Of a stretch of DNA of 64,000 bases, positions 62,231 through 64,000 are shown in pieces. The translations under genes were made by a program, and so were the position numbers. Below the pieces are notes generated by a model. The model had not been told where the DNA came from, did not search any database, and worked only from the letters and a program-made list of their open reading frames with translations. The first letter of the stretch is position 1. Each line of letters starts with the position of its first letter. Source of the stretch: Mytilus trossulus (taxonomy: Eukaryota); assembly GCF_036588685.1 (NCBI RefSeq), contig NC_086378.1:56792001-56856000 (forward strand). The letters run 5' to 3'.

Positions 62231-62481
62231 TGCTGATTATAAGGATAGACATCCACAACCTGCATATGGCTTTAGAACTTGCACACAGGATGTAAACAGG
62301 GGTTATCGTTATTATCATCGTTATCGTCGTCGTAATCATTATCTTCATGGTCACTTTCATCGTCCACATCGTTCCCAAAATCCTCATCACGATCACTATC
62401 GTCATCGTCGTGATTGTCATCATCTTGCTGTTTACAGGCATTTTAACTAAATTATAATATGATATTATTACGTAAGTATTT

Positions 62482-62620
62482 CTGTATTGGCCTGAGGCGA
62501 AGCCGAAGGCCAATACAGCTGGCCGATACAGCTGGCCGATACAGCTGGCCGATACAGCTGGCCGATACAGACAACCGTTACAGCTGGCCGATACAGATGT
62601 TTGCTGTGCCAATACAGAAA
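62482..62620. repeat. hairpin plus 13-bp tandem array (GCCGATACAGCTG)n
   Basis: Stem CTGTATTGGCCT/AGGCCAATACAG enclosing GGCGAAGCC, followed by about 6 13-bp units. Confidence 0.85.
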
Positions 62621-63409
62621 AAATCCATATTGGCCGATTTTTGTTTTAATTCTGTTGCATTAGGGTCAACAAACATAAATGTAAAACACATAAAGTGTTA
62701 ACCAATAAAAATTAGGAGTTATGCCGCTTTGTTCAACGAATATGAATTTAAAAAACTTGAAAAATGAAAAATTAAACATTTTTAAAATGTTTGAAAATTT
62801 GTAGCCTCAACACACGTGTGAAACACTTATAAGACTGTTTGCATATGATATACGATATGTAGCATGACCAAAACATTGCCTCTCGTTGCAAGATGTAAAG
62901 GTAAACTCGCAAAATTTGTATCAAATACAAGTACATCGGTAAAAAAGTTGTTAATAATTTTCGATTGAAATGCCTACTATTTGAAGCGTACTTAACATAC
63001 TTACGGCGTTATTGAAACCGTACTATTCATCTGTTTGGAAAAAAAAAATCATGAAATACAGATATTTTCAGAAAAAATGTATTCAACATCTTCCACATAC
63101 ATAAGGCAATTTTATTCTTAAATATTCTTAATTTTTTTTAATGATACATTGTCTGAATAAAATTTAGTTTGAAACGTAAGAAAAATATATGAAAATGAGG
63201 CAATACTCAGCTGTGGAATAATAAACACAATTACGCAGCTATACTAACTTTAACAAGACCGAATTATCAATCTTTAAAAAAAAACTATAACACATTTTGT
63301 TTAAAATTAAAATCGTAAACAAGTCAATATTTTGCTCCATATTGAAAATATCCAACAAATTGTCGAAAACCTCAACTAAACAAACTGATCTGATGGGACG
63401 TCAGGCGAA

Positions 63410-64000
63410 AACCATCTTCATAACACATGGAGAGAATATAAAAAGCAGGGGAAATGATTCATTGATTCTTTAGATTGTAATTTCTTGGTTCCATAGTTGG
63501 TGATTTTTTTAAACACCAGAGACTAGCGATTTTCATCAAAACTTTTGGCAGCCAAAGTAATAACATATTTTGAACAAATATTCCTGACGGATTCGTTTTG
63601 TCTCTTACTAACGAAATACAAGAAATCGTCCACTTTTTTGTCTTCCTAACAGCCACCTGTGAACAAGGAGGATATGCAAATATACTGATACATTCTCACT
63701 ATCAATTGAGAATACTAAGGAAGAAACTTGATCTTTTATTTTACAAATGAGATATATAAACGTCAAAATATTCTCTTGTAGAGATATTTACGAGGGTTGT
63801 CCGTAAAGTTTGTGGACAATCTCAATAAAATATTTTTTACCCATTCGAAATAAATAAAACAAGTATTTAACAAATTTCATGATTTACTGATTAAGTTTAC
63901 AAAATTTTATTTCAGTACCTGCTAATTCGTAAGTTATAATCAACATACGACAGAGGCTGACGATTCATTACCATGTTGATTTCGTAAACGAACATTCATT
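63410..64000 (+). repeat. segmental duplication, copy 2 (runs off window)
   Basis: Near-identical to 44048-44644, including the MLIS* pseudogene start at 63973. Confidence 0.95.

Noticed and set aside
62184-62701. 142-aa and 80-aa ORFs
   Set aside because: They are translations of the 13-bp array, ATC-type repeat and poly-C tract.

Overview
AT-rich eukaryotic genomic DNA with spliceosomal GT-AG introns. The interspersed repeat families resemble those I recognise from mussel (Mytilus-like bivalve) genomes; this taxon call is inference. There is no prokaryotic operon, CRISPR array or rRNA. Genes reconstructed by hand from splice sites: omega-class glutathione S-transferase (-, 5 coding exons, several candidate first exons), a PMP22/claudin-family tetraspan protein (+, 3 exons), a type I membrane C-type lectin with a mucin-like stalk (+, 6 exons), a secreted PAN/apple + C-type lectin (+, 5 exons), an intronless 387-aa orphan ORF and a 66-aa secreted orphan peptide. 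Pseudogenised duplicates of both lectin genes are also present. The rest is dense in non-autonomous mobile elements. The main points of interest are: (i) eight copies of a short element carrying a minimal type I hammerhead ribozyme, one of them sense within the GST intron; (ii) a 3.8-kb CAC-ended, long-TIR element with a 5-bp TSD (Transib/RAG-like signature); (iii) a SINE whose 5' head can fold into a compact four-helix junction with a loop-loop kiss; (iv) a triplicated splice-acceptor/exon unit in the membrane lectin that could switch it between membrane-bound and secreted forms. All coordinates were counted by hand and may be off by a few bases.
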